A stretch of 64,000 bases of DNA from Diadema antillarum (lineage: Eukaryota). Of the stretch, positions 50,150-61,591 are shown piece after piece. The DNA is taken from contig NW_027271622.1 of assembly GCF_040938485.1 (NCBI RefSeq), positions 930,001 through 994,000 of the forward strand, in the 5' to 3' direction. The stretch's first letter is position 1, and the number at the start of each line of letters is the position of its first letter. The translations under genes and the position numbers were made by a program. The notes under the pieces are model-generated. The model made no database searches, was not told the DNA's origin, and was given only the letters and a program-made list of their open reading frames with translations.

Positions 50150-51196
50150 ATATAATGCATTTTGACCTGTATTGATGTACAATACCTTGATCATCACAAA
50201 AATGTGGTTAAATGAAAATCTATCTATATGCAATACTTTATTTTCGGTAGTTTTTTTTTTCTACATATTGCTTAGCTACTCAAATAAATGGTCTTCTCAA
50301 CCAGATTCTGTGAATGACATTATCTGCCAATCATAGCTAAACTAAAAAATATGATTAACAAAATATATTAGAATATAATTTGTACTTTCCCCTAGACTAA
50401 GCAGAATTTCCATTTTTCAACGCTATGACTTTAACATGATAAACTCAAGATGATGAATCGGGAATAATAATGATTAGGCCTACTACAATTTGCAATTGAC
50501 TGACTGAAAAATATCAACATTCTTTAAATAAACACGAAAAAAGAGAGAAAGAATACCTGACAACCGAAAAGTAATAGTGTTAAAAAAAAAGAAGAGATTT
50601 TGTATTTAGTTTTCGAATCTCATTTTCCTTATGGAACCAGATGTTACAAATGCGTGTATGAGTTGTTAGGCTAACTTGTCTAAATAATGATAACCAACAA
50701 CCCGGTGCATCATATGTTTGCCATTTGGCTAAAGCACAGATGAATCTGGTCCTGTGAGGCATCTAGAGGAACTGATATCGCAGGTTTATATTCAACAAGA
50801 TTAGGTCCACTTATTTCTTCTTCTTTTTTTTTTTTGCCGGTGGCTAACTAGAGCTTATATATGATGGAAAAGAAAAAGGCACATCTTGATATGGTAAGTA
50901 GTGGCACACCGTGAAATTATGCCGACATGAACACCAGTGAGCGAATAATTAGAAAAGTCAAAGTCTGAAACTCTTAAACTATTAGTTTCATTGAAATCAA
51001 TTGATCCGTTTCATTGATGTTTGTTACAACAGCTATTAGACCAACTCAATGTTTCGAAATGGAGAGTGTTTACTGAACCGTGTTGCTTTCATGGAACTTA
51101 GTTGAGCTCAGTATGCAATACATGTATTTAGAGTTTTTATAACATAATAGATAACGTGCAATGGCATAAAAATGAATCGTGACCAATTAGAACATT

Positions 51197-52354
51197 CTAA
51201 GCAGCTAGAGTAGATGCAGTCTCAGCAGCAGAGGGAGAAATCCCGAAGACGGAAACATTCTCTTTCTTTTCGCGAGTCAGAATGCTCTTCACCGCCGACC
51301 GAAAGGTGACATTGCGCACGGTGTAAATGATAGGATTGGCACAGGAATTGTAGAAACCGAGGACAGTGAAGATCCTGTTGAGAGGGCTGTAGACGTAAGA
51401 CGGGCTGATGATGTGGAGGTTGAACAGGAGGAAGGCGCACTGGCTTGGACCCCAGCAGATCACGAAGATAATGACCACGATCAAAAGCATCTCGATGACG
51501 CGTTGCCTAGCAACGTGGAGGTGAAGAGAAGCCTTGTTCTTCCCTTCTGCAGAGTTCATGAAGATCCTGGACTGGCGCTGGAGTGTTATCGCCGTCATGG
51601 TCTGACTTGCGACCATGATCAGGAACGGGCAAAAGAACTTGATGATGACGGATGACAAGCCGTTAAACATCTGGAAACCAGGAGAGCCGCGCTGGAGGAC
51701 ACAGGAGTGGGAGGCGGCGTCGATCTTCTTGAAGAAAATATGGAACGGTATGTAAATGGCGAAACTCACCAACCAAATTGCAAGGATGTAGGCGATGGTG
51801 CGACGCTTGCTGAAGAGGCGACGAAACTGGAACGGGTAGACCACGGCAGCAAATCGTTCAAGCGAGATAGTGGTTAAGGTGAAAACGGATGCTGCTACAC
51901 AGCACCACATGAAAGCGCTTGTATCAATCATCCTGCAATAGAATTCGCCCAGTGGCGTGAGGGGCATCCGACGTATTTGTGGAAGTGGGATGATGAACAC
52001 GGAGGAAAAGAAATCAGCGATAGCCAGAGCTCCGATGAGGATATCCGTCGAGTTTCTGTCGACTCGCCTGTTGAAAACGACGACGATGACGAGCCCATTT
52101 CCGATGATGCCGATGATTGCCGAGATCAGCTGGAGAATGACGTTCCATGACCATCTGATCGGATGCCATGACCACGCCGGCCAAAGATCTCCCTCTTCTG
52201 CGGTTGTTTCTAACTCGAGGGTGGTGATTATTCCCTCAAGTTCTTCTGTAAAGGGCGCCGGGGAGGGCGTGACATTTTGTGCGAAATTAAAAGGCACAAA
52301 GAGGTAGACAAAGACGAAAAGGATGCAGTTCATGCGAGTTGCACAAATCGCCAT
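51197..52354 (-). CDS. Class A GPCR 'C', galanin/allatostatin-A receptor-like, 385 aa, with candidate signal peptide
   Basis: 7TM with GNGLV, LAIADF, YCR, SLERF, CWGP and NSCANPIIY; hydrophobic N-terminus ILFVFVYLFVPFNFA-Q. Confidence 0.93.
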   Translation of the reverse strand: MAICATRMNCILFVFVYLFVPFNFAQNVTPSPAPFTEELEGIITTLELETTAEEGDLWPAWSWHPIRWSWNVILQLISAIIGIIGNGLVIVVVFNRRVDRNSTDILIGALAIADFFSSVFIIPLPQIRRMPLTPLGEFYCRMIDTSAFMWCCVAASVFTLTTISLERFAAVVYPFQFRRLFSKRRTIAYILAIWLVSFAIYIPFHIFFKKIDAASHSCVLQRGSPGFQMFNGLSSVIIKFFCPFLIMVASQTMTAITLQRQSRIFMNSAEGKNKASLHLHVARQRVIEMLLIVVIIFVICWGPSQCAFLLFNLHIISPSYVYSPLNRIFTVLGFYNSCANPIIYTVRNVTFRSAVKSILTREKKENVSVFGISPSAAETASTLAA

Positions 52355-53420
52355 TACTGACTAAGAAAAATAGAATAAGAAAGTAACACCCGAAAAGTTA
52401 CGTGATGAGAGCACACACCCGTCTTACCGGGACGTCTTGCTATAAATGTTGTTAATTTGAGAAGGAGAGGTCTGGAAAACGTGCAAGTGTCTATTCAGCT
52501 TCGGTAAAGAATTTTCATTATTTGAGTGGAGAAGTGGAAGAGGGTGGTTTTTGTACAGATGTCCCCCTTTAAACTGCAATTCACACATTCCTTGGAGTTA
52601 CTAAATAATCAATGACCTTTACCATTAAAAATTGCTGCAGGTAACGCGTCAGACAACCCATTAAAGGACGTTTTAATTTTTCCCCGTTTCACGCTAGTGG
52701 AGTGATTCCTTTCAGTGCCCGCGAAATCTGCTAGGGTTGGAAACTAAAAGCTTTGTCGCCTCACTCTCAAACAGATATGAAGATATTATCTTGTCTGCAG
52801 TGATGAAATTGGGAATTCATGCTAATGGACATAAACTGAAAGCATATTTTTTGATGGCATAAGAATTCGATTTATATTTTTTCTTACATTCTTAGATCGG
52901 AAATATGATTGACAGAATCTGATTTTTTTTCTTCATTTTTTCTTCACTCTTTCACCACGTTTTGTTTTCCTTCTTATGGAGTGCGTGGAGTAGTGGTGGT
53001 GTTAATATCTAAAAAGCCCTGTAAAGTTCATATTGCAATGTGCAAGGGAGGAATACCCATTTCGAAGTGGATTTGTGCCTGACATACGTTCTGCTTTGAA
53101 GGACTTTTATCAAATATCATTTGGTGTATAAGTGCTCTGGTGTTATTATTCCTCATGCGTGCCAACAACAAACGGTGTGAATGTGTTGAGAATACAACGT
53201 ATCAGAAATTCTTTAAAGGCAACGGAGAAATTCGTCTTATTTACGTCATAAATTTGTTATGTAATGGATCTAGATTTGTTTTTCTTATGTATATGTTTAT
53301 CAAGTTTTGTATAGAAAAAAAAAATGCTACAGAACCGATAATTCAACTGAAATGAAGTTACATGGTTATTGAATAAGGAACGATCTTATACAGTAGATTT
53401 ATCCTTTTCTATGTCTGAGT

Positions 53421-54590
53421 CTAGATGTTAATCGTCTTTTGCTGCTCATGAGTTGTTTCAATGTCGAAAAGACTCTTCTGAGAGGCGCGAGGACCTTTAA
53501 AAATGTTTCTGATGGCTTCACGAAATTGCGGATAGCGGATGGTATAGATGATCGGGTTGGCGCAGGAGTTGATGAAGGCCAAAATGACCAAAACACGGTA
53601 AACGGTCCCAAAGGCTAGTGAGTGGGAGACGAGGTTAAGGTGAAGTGCGAGGAACATTGTCTGATCAGGACCCCAGCAGATGATGAAGACTGTCACGACC
53701 ATGATGAGCATTTGAAGGATCCTCTTCCTCGCGACGACGTGACTCAGAGTGGGGTTCGAACGGTTCGTGTTCGTTTTACTTTCAGAAAACTTTGTCGTCT
53801 GTTTCTGGAGAACGATAACCATTTTGATTTGGGCTAGGATCATGATGACAGCCGGAGCAACAAATTCGATTGTAAAGATGAAGATGCCTACGGCCTTGTG
53901 AGCAAGAGCTGTGGAAAATCCAACCATGCACGTATTGCTGGAAGAATATCCCACAACGAACTGATAGCCGTTGGCGGCCAAGGCTGCAACCCAGATCAAG
54001 ATAATGTAGATTCTGGTTCGGGTTGCGCTGAAAGTCCTCCTGAACTAGAGCGGATAAGCGATGGCGATATATCGCTCTATCGATATGGCTGCCAATATGA
54101 ATATCGAAGCAACCACAGATACCCACATCAGAAGCGAAGTGTGGACTACTTTGCAGTAGAGACCTGCGAGCATGGAGTTGCTTGGTAGTGATTTGATGAT
54201 GGGGATCGGTAGTAGAAACACAGACGTGGCAAAATCAGCGATAGCAAGTGCGCCGATCAACGTGTCTGTGGAGCGTCGAACACGATTCCGATGGAATAGG
54301 ACGACCATCACCAGCAGGTTACCGACGATTCCTAGCAGGGCAAAGATGAGTTGGAGGATCACCCACCAGGTCCACTGAAACGGGAACCAAGACCACTCAG
54401 CAGGTGCATTCTTGGGTCCGGCCACTTCAAGAATTTCGGAGAAGAACTCTGTCCTGTTGGAGACTTCATTGCCATATTGGGACAAAGACCACTCAGTTCC
54501 CACAACAGTGTCTCCGTAGCCTTCGGGAAAAGAATTCTTGATCCGGTATTCGTCTACTTCACAACCAGATGGGAGTGTTGAGGGACTCAT
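53421..54590 (-). pseudogene. GPCR B' with one premature in-frame stop after the ERY motif
   Basis: Offset from B is exactly 16465 at both ends, so there is no frameshift. Codon 54045-54047 is TAG where B has TAC (Tyr; 37580-37582); the rest of the frame is open. Confidence 0.8.
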
Positions 54591-55271
54591 GTCTAACAGC
54601 AATATCAGTGACTAAAACATTCAGTAATGATTGTAACTTTTGCAGAGCGTATGATATTTAGCGTTGAGATTGTACTTCCAGCATGACATGACATGTGAAA
54701 CGTAGAGACCTAAGTCTGTAACTCCGGAGTGCACCTGGATGTCTTTCTAAATGGGAGTTTCACTTAACCGTCGTATTTATGGTATTGAGAGCTGTAGATT
54801 TATCGGCTAATTCCGCACATGGGAAGGACGCGCAACATTCACAAAAAGGGCGAACGTAAAAAAAAAAAAAAGCATGCATTTTAGTACTGAAGGAGGTGTT
54901 TATTTCGCGTCGCATAATATGAAATGGAATACCATTGTGACCACCAATCACATCACAGTAGCTGTGAAATGAATCGATAAGTGCTTACTTCTGGTGTATT
55001 TCTCTCGAGTGGACCTTTTGTGAAGAAATCCTGCGTAAAGTCAACTCGGAAATGAAAACATATTACGTGTTTTTGAATGCTCATTATAATTCATGAATCG
55101 ACTCTGTGCTGAATACGAAGCATTTCTGCTCACAGAGTAGATGGATGAATGGAAGGAATTATCAGGTTAATATTCGATTGATAGACATCAATGAGGGTAT
55201 AGGTATTAGAAGTAACCATATGGAGTACCTTTGGAATAGTCTTTGAAGGATTCAAACACACACACATACAC

Positions 55272-55303
<32 letters not shown>

Positions 55304-55989
55304 GCGCATACCACCACCACCACCACCTTAACCACCAATATCTGAATCTAAGTCATCGAATATAATCAATTTGATAATGGCAAGAAAGATCTCTTCTTCC
55401 CCTCTATCTTTCGAAGTGTATTTTTCAAAACCATTATTCACAAATTCACAAAGATGAATAACACGCTACACGTGATTGAGGAATAACGGGAAAAAAATAA
55501 TGTGTGTACCTGTTCGTAGGTTTTCTCCTGTGTATTTTTAGACTTTAGGAAAAAAAAAACAAACACTAACATTTGTTTCACTGTTTCCTTGAAAAGTGGA
55601 AATATGCATTTTGAATTTTAGTATATTTCATATTGTTGTTTGTGTGTGTATTCATTTCAAGGAGAGAAGTGTTGTCTTTTTCTCTTTCTTCTTCTTTTCT
55701 CTTTCTTTACCTTATTTGTTTTTAAGCATTTTTTACACTTTCTAAGGACAAAATTTAAACATATCTACAATATCTTATGATAACAAATTATCTGATTTCA
55801 TGATGCAAAGTCATAGCCATTTTTTAACCCTTCCCTTGAACCTCAAACTCACTTACTTCAAGCAGTAGAAAGTCGACATCTTCACATATTAACGTGCTTC
55901 TGATTTTGATTTGGAATGTGAGTCGACCCCCCCCCCTGTATGTTAGCTATAGCTATTATTAGCTTACACAGACACACAGACACACACAG

Positions 55990-56053
<64 letters not shown>

Positions 56054-58078
56054 TTGAATAGAATCAGTTTGAAGAAAGAGAGATAACATGATTTTGATTT
56101 TAAGGTTAATTCTCCACATTCAAACAATTTAAAATAAGTAGCAGAAATTAAATGGATTTTTTGTTCTTTTTCAATACAAGGTATACGACTGTGTCGATAT
56201 TACATCCAAGCATTCCTTTTGAAACGTTTTACACCATAAAGGCTTCGGAATTTTGTTGCAAATATGTGGTTTTGTGTTTGGGTGTTATCAAAAAATTGAA
56301 AAAGAAATATTTAGAAGTAGGCAATTTAAGCATTCAAGACGAAAGTTTTATTTACCATCTCGACACAAATAACAATATCGAATCTTTACTTTAAATCTAA
56401 AACCATTGAATGTCTTGAGTGTTGATTGGCATAGAAACTCTTATAGCGTTGCATACACTGTCCAAAGTCCCCAGCACAAGAAGAACATAATGTTTCTGTT
56501 GTAAGGAAGTTTGTAAATGAAACTTCCTTATAGTTTTATTTAGTTCATACATCACATTATTTTCACCTAACTAAGACATACCACGATGAATAAGTAAACT
56601 CTTGATTCCCAGACCTCGATTATGTGGTTTAGTATACAAATACAACTCTAACATACTCTTCAGAGGTAGTTATGCATAGGCAGTTTGGCAAGAATACCAT
56701 TTTGCTGTCTTTGCAAAGATTATTTTCTCACAGAAGTTGCACAAATTTGACACAGCACAAGGTATCACTCAGTGTTGTTGAATATTATGTCACAAAAACT
56801 AATTTATCTACAATTCAGTACTTGTGTGATTGACCACAGCATTTGTGCCTTCAAATGGAAATGTTAAAAATTAAACATGAAACCTTTTTTATCTATTTGT
56901 ACACAATGCGTAATATCTAATTTTTACAATAAAGGACATCTCATGTTTTTTTAAAGACAGCTTTACATCAAAGCGTTTCAAAAGTCGCTACTTTTTTCAC
57001 ATATAGAGAAAACCCTTTGACTTAAGTTTAATTGCTTGAAATGACTACAGCTGTAAAGGCAAATTAAAAAAGCGCGCACGCACAGCAAACCTACATGCAT
57101 AATGAGGACATGAGCAGTCCTTGTTTCTAGTAAAAGGACATGTGCAATACAATGCATTTTGACCTGTATTGCTTTACAATACCTTGATCATCACAAAAAT
57201 ATGGCCAAATGAAAATCTAGCTATATGCAATACTTTTTTTTCGGTATTTTCTTTCTACAGATTGCTTAGCTACTCAAATGAAATGGTCTTCTCAACCAGA
57301 TTCTGTGAATGCCATTATCTGCCAATCATAGCTATATTAAAAAGAAATTATTAACAAAATACTTTAGAATATAATCTATACTTCCCCAAGACTGAGGAGA
57401 ACTTCCATTTTTCAACGCTATGACTTTAACATGATGAATTCAAGATGATAAATTGGGAATAATAATGATTAGGCCTACTGCAATTTGTAATTGACTGACT
57501 GAAAAATATCAACATTCTTTAAATAAACACGAAAAAAAAAGAGAAAAAATACCTGAAAAATCGTAAAGTAATCGTGTTTAAAAAAAAAGGAGATTTTGTA
57601 TTCAGTTTTCGAAGCTCATATTTCTTACGCAACCAGATGTTACAAAAGCGTGCATGAGTTGTTATGCTAACTTGTCGAAAATGACAACCAACAACCCGGT
57701 GAATCACATGTTCTCCATTTTGCGAAAGCTCAGATGAATCTGGCCTTGTGAGACATCTATAGAGGAACTGATATTGCAGGGCTTGTAGGTTTATATTCAA
57801 CAAGATCAGGTCCACTTTCTTCATGGACACCAATTAGAAAACAATTAGAAAAGTCAATTTCAAAGTATAAAACTCTTAAACTATTAGTTTCATTGAATGA
57901 ATTAATTAATCCCTTTCATTGATGTGGGGCACAACTTATATCACACCTATTCTATGATTCATAAAGAAGTATTTTTGACTGAAGCATGATGCTTTCAGGT
58001 GGAGTTTTTATGAAATCAAAGATAACGTGTAACGAAGAGACATAAAAACACTTATGAACCCTAGCCAGGTTTAACATT

Positions 58079-59272
58079 CTAAGCAGCCAGAGTAGATGCA
58101 GTCTCCGCGGCAGAGGGAGAAATCCCGAAGACGGAAACATTCTCTTTTGTTTCGCGAGTCAGAATGCTCTTCACCGCCGACCGAAAGGTGACATTGCGCA
58201 CGGTGTAAATGATAGGATTGGCACAGGAATTATAGAAACCCAGAACAGTGAAGATCCTGTTGAGAGGGCTGTAGACGTAAGACGGGCCGATGATGTGGAG
58301 GTTGAACAGGAGGAAGGCGCACTGGCTTGGACCCCAGCAGATCACGAAGATGATGACCACGATCAATAGCATCTCGATGACGCGTCGCCTAGCAACGTGG
58401 AGGTGAAGAGAAGCCTTGTTCTTACCTTCTGCAGAGTTCATGAAAATCCTGGACTGCCGCTGGAGTGTTATCGCCGTCATGGTCTGACTGGCGACCATGA
58501 TCAGGAACGGGCAAAAGAACTTGATGATGACGGACGACAAGCCGTTAAACATTTGGAAACCAGGAGAGCCGCGCTGCAGGACACAGAAGTGGGAGGCAGC
58601 GTCGATCTCCTTGAAGAAAATATGGAACGGTATGTAAATGGCGAAACTCACCAACCAAATTGCAAGGATGTAGGCGATGGTGCGACGCTTGCTGAAGAGG
58701 CGACGAAACTGGAACGGGTAGACCACGGCAGCAAATCGTTCCAGCGAGATAGTGGTTAAGGTGAAAACGGATGCTGCTACACAGCACCACATGAAAGCGC
58801 TTGTATCAATCATCCTGCAATAGAATTCGCCCAGTGGCGTGAGGGGCATCCGACGTACTTGTGGAAGTGGGATGATGAACACGGAGGAAAAGAAATCCGC
58901 GATGGCCAGAGCTCCGATGAGGATATCCGTCGAGTTTCTGTCGACTCGCCCGTTGAAAACGACGACGATGACGAGCCCATTTCCGATGATGCCGATGATT
59001 GCCGAGATCAGCTGGAGAATGACGTTCCATGACCATCTGATCGGATGCCATGACCACACCGGCCGAAGATCTCCTTCTTCTGCGGTTGTTTCTAACTCGA
59101 GGGTGGTGATTATTCCTTCAAGTTCTTCTGTAAAGGGCGCCGGGGATGGCGTGAAATTTTGTGCAAAACTAAAAGGCACAAACAGGCAAGCAAAGACAAT
59201 AAGAATGCAGTTCGTTCGAGTTGCGCAAATCTCCATTACAGAATAAAAAAATAGAATAAGAAAGTAACACAT
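58079..59272 (-). CDS. Class A GPCR C' (paralogue of C); start equivalent to C is the ATG at 59236
   Basis: About 96% identical to C (16 of 385 aa differ by eye); all 7TM motifs are intact. Confidence 0.92.
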   Translation of the reverse strand: MCYFLILFFYSVMEICATRTNCILIVFACLFVPFSFAQNFTPSPAPFTEELEGIITTLELETTAEEGDLRPVWSWHPIRWSWNVILQLISAIIGIIGNGLVIVVVFNGRVDRNSTDILIGALAIADFFSSVFIIPLPQVRRMPLTPLGEFYCRMIDTSAFMWCCVAASVFTLTTISLERFAAVVYPFQFRRLFSKRRTIAYILAIWLVSFAIYIPFHIFFKEIDAASHFCVLQRGSPGFQMFNGLSSVIIKFFCPFLIMVASQTMTAITLQRQSRIFMNSAEGKNKASLHLHVARRRVIEMLLIVVIIFVICWGPSQCAFLLFNLHIIGPSYVYSPLNRIFTVLGFYNSCANPIIYTVRNVTFRSAVKSILTRETKENVSVFGISPSAAETASTLAA

Positions 59273-60448
59273 GGAGGGTTACGTAATGAGAGCATACACC
59301 TGTCTTACCGGACGTCTTGTTATCAATGTTTTTGATTTGAGAAGGAGTGGTCAGCGAAACATGCAGGCGTCTGTCCGACTTCGGTAAAGAATTTTCAGCA
59401 TTTGACTGGAGAAGTGAAAGAGGGTGGTTTTTGTACAGATTACTCCCTTTAAACTGCAATTCACACATTCCTTGAGGTTACTGAATAATCGACGACCTTC
59501 ACCATTAAGAATTGCTGCAGGTAACGCGTCAGACAACCCATTCCAGGACGTTTTTAATCTTTCCGCGTGTAGCGCTAATGGCAATAATCCTTTGAGTGCC
59601 AACGAAATCTTCTAGAGTTGGAAACTGAAAGCTTTGTCGCCTAACTCTCAAACAGATATGAGATATTATTTTCTCTGCAGTTATGAAGTTGGGAATTCTT
59701 GCTAATGGACATAAAATGAAAGCACATTTTTTGTGTGCAAAGAATTCGATTTATATTTTTTCTTACTTGTTCAAAACGAACACACGATTGACAGAATCTG
59801 AGTTTTCTTGATTTTCTCTTCACTCCTTCACTACTTTTTGTTTTCCTTTTTATGGAGGGCGTGGAGTAGTAGTGGTGTTAATATCTAAAAAGCCCTACAA
59901 AGTTCATATTGCTAAGTATAAGGGAGGAATATCCATTTCGAAGTGGATTTGTGCCTGAGATACATTCTGCTTTCAAGGACTTTTATCAAATATAATTTGG
60001 TGTATAAGTGCTCTGGTGCTATTATTCCTCATGCCTGCCAACAACAAACGACGTCGATACTTGAAGGTGGAAAAAAAGTGACATTGAAAGTTACTTTTTG
60101 CGATCTGATGTAATTTGCTCTCTGTTTAAGGCATCTATCATTGGACAGGAGGTAAGGCGGTGGATTGTTACTTAGGAGTAAAATCAGGTTCTTGGAAAAC
60201 AAATTTTATATTTCTTTTCAGCGGCAATAGTAGAGCCTTGTAAACTCTGCTCTGTGAGCGAGGAACTTCATATTTTGTTCTCTTTGGGTATTAAATGATT
60301 GAGATAAAATATTGCTTTACTTGTTATCAGAAAGGATTTCGTGCAGCATCAATGAAAAAAAAATTAAAATGAAAAAAAAATGAGAAGTGTATTTCCTTTG
60401 TGTGAATCAGTCACTCGGCTTTTTGTTCACTCCATCTTCAGAACCAGT

Positions 60449-61591
60449 CTATTTTTCGGATGGCGTCTCCATTTCAAACAAAGCCTTTTGAGAATCTCGA
60501 ATACCCGTGAAAATGTCTTTCAACGCCGAGCGGAACTGCGGGTATCGGATCGTGTATATTATCGGATTGGCGCAAGAGTTGACAAATGCCAGCACGACAA
60601 GCACTCGATATGCGATTCCGTAGAGAACAGCCGGTGAAACGAGTCCGAGATTGAATGCCAAGAAGAACGTCTGATCGGGACCCCAGCAGATGATGAAGAC
60701 CGTCGCCACCATGAAGAGCATTTGCAGAATCCTCTTCCTTGCCACGACATGACTCACAGTTGGATTCGACCGGTTCCCGTTCGTTTTGCTCTCTGAAAAC
60801 TTTGCCGTCTGCTGTTGGAGAATGACAGCGGTCGCTATCTGAGCCGAAATCATGATGACAGCTGGAACCACGAACTCGATGGCGAAGACGAAGACGCCAA
60901 CGCACTTCTGCGTCAGTGTCGACGGAAACATCACGACGCACGTGTTGCCGGCGGCAAACCCAGCCACGAACTGGTAGCTGTTGACGGCAACGGCTGTAAC
61001 CCAGATCAAGATGATGTAGATTCTGGTGCGGGTGATACTGAAGGTCCTTCTGAAGTATAGCGGGTAAGCGATCGCGATATATCGTTCCACCGATATGGCC
61101 GTCAATGTAAAAATCGAAGCAACCACGGATACCCACATAAGAAGTGAGGGATAGATGACTTTGCAGTAGACATCAGCAAGCCAAGACTCGCTTGGTAGAG
61201 AGTTGATTTGTGGTATTGGTAGGAGACAAATAGATGTTGCAAAGTCTGCAGAAGCAAGGGCTCCGATCAGTGTGTCAGTGGTTCGCCTTACGCGACGTCC
61301 ATTGAACAGGACCACCATCACCAGCAGGTTACCGACGATTCCAAGGAGGGCAAAGATGAGTTGGAGGATTACCCACCAACTCCACTCAAATGGGAACCAG
61401 GACCACTGAACGGATACACTTGATGAGTCGCCATCGTATACGACAGACCAGTCTGGATCAATCACCATGTCCGCAGCACCAGAGGAGGATTTAGAATACT
61501 GCTCTGTTGCGACGTTAAAATTCGATGTAGATTGATTCCAAACATTGTTTGCTGACGGATTGGGTGAGGAATGAAGTGGGGTAGAAGTCAT
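60449..61591 (-). CDS. Class A GPCR 'D', galanin/allatostatin-A receptor-like, 380 aa, closest to B
   Basis: 7TM with GNLLV, LASADF, YCK, SVERY, CWGP and NSCANPIIY. The ORF track start at 61723 is GTG; the first ATG is at 61591, 30 nt below a candidate acceptor TACCATTTCAG. Confidence 0.92.
   Translation of the reverse strand: MTSTPLHSSPNPSANNVWNQSTSNFNVATEQYSKSSSGAADMVIDPDWSVVYDGDSSSVSVQWSWFPFEWSWWVILQLIFALLGIVGNLLVMVVLFNGRRVRRTTDTLIGALASADFATSICLLPIPQINSLPSESWLADVYCKVIYPSLLMWVSVVASIFTLTAISVERYIAIAYPLYFRRTFSITRTRIYIILIWVTAVAVNSYQFVAGFAAGNTCVVMFPSTLTQKCVGVFVFAIEFVVPAVIMISAQIATAVILQQQTAKFSESKTNGNRSNPTVSHVVARKRILQMLFMVATVFIICWGPDQTFFLAFNLGLVSPAVLYGIAYRVLVVLAFVNSCANPIIYTIRYPQFRSALKDIFTGIRDSQKALFEMETPSEK

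Larger units (their letters stand above)
36703..53173. repeat. Segmental tandem duplication, copy 1 (GPCR B + GPCR C, with ~9.5 kb of copy-specific insertions)
   Basis: Collinear with 53174-60050 once 40337-48196 and 48527-50153 are removed; ends at ...GCCAACAACAAACG. Confidence 0.88.
53174..60050. repeat. Segmental tandem duplication, copy 2 (GPCR B' + GPCR C')
   Basis: Begins GGTGTG(A)ATGTGTTGAGAATA, matching ~36703-36730, and ends GCCAACAACAAACG, matching 53161-53174. Confidence 0.88.

Noticed and set aside
53421-54602. Frameshifted GPCR (two ORF pieces in the track)
   Set aside because: Both pieces are in the same frame with a constant 16465 offset to B; the break is a point nonsense codon.
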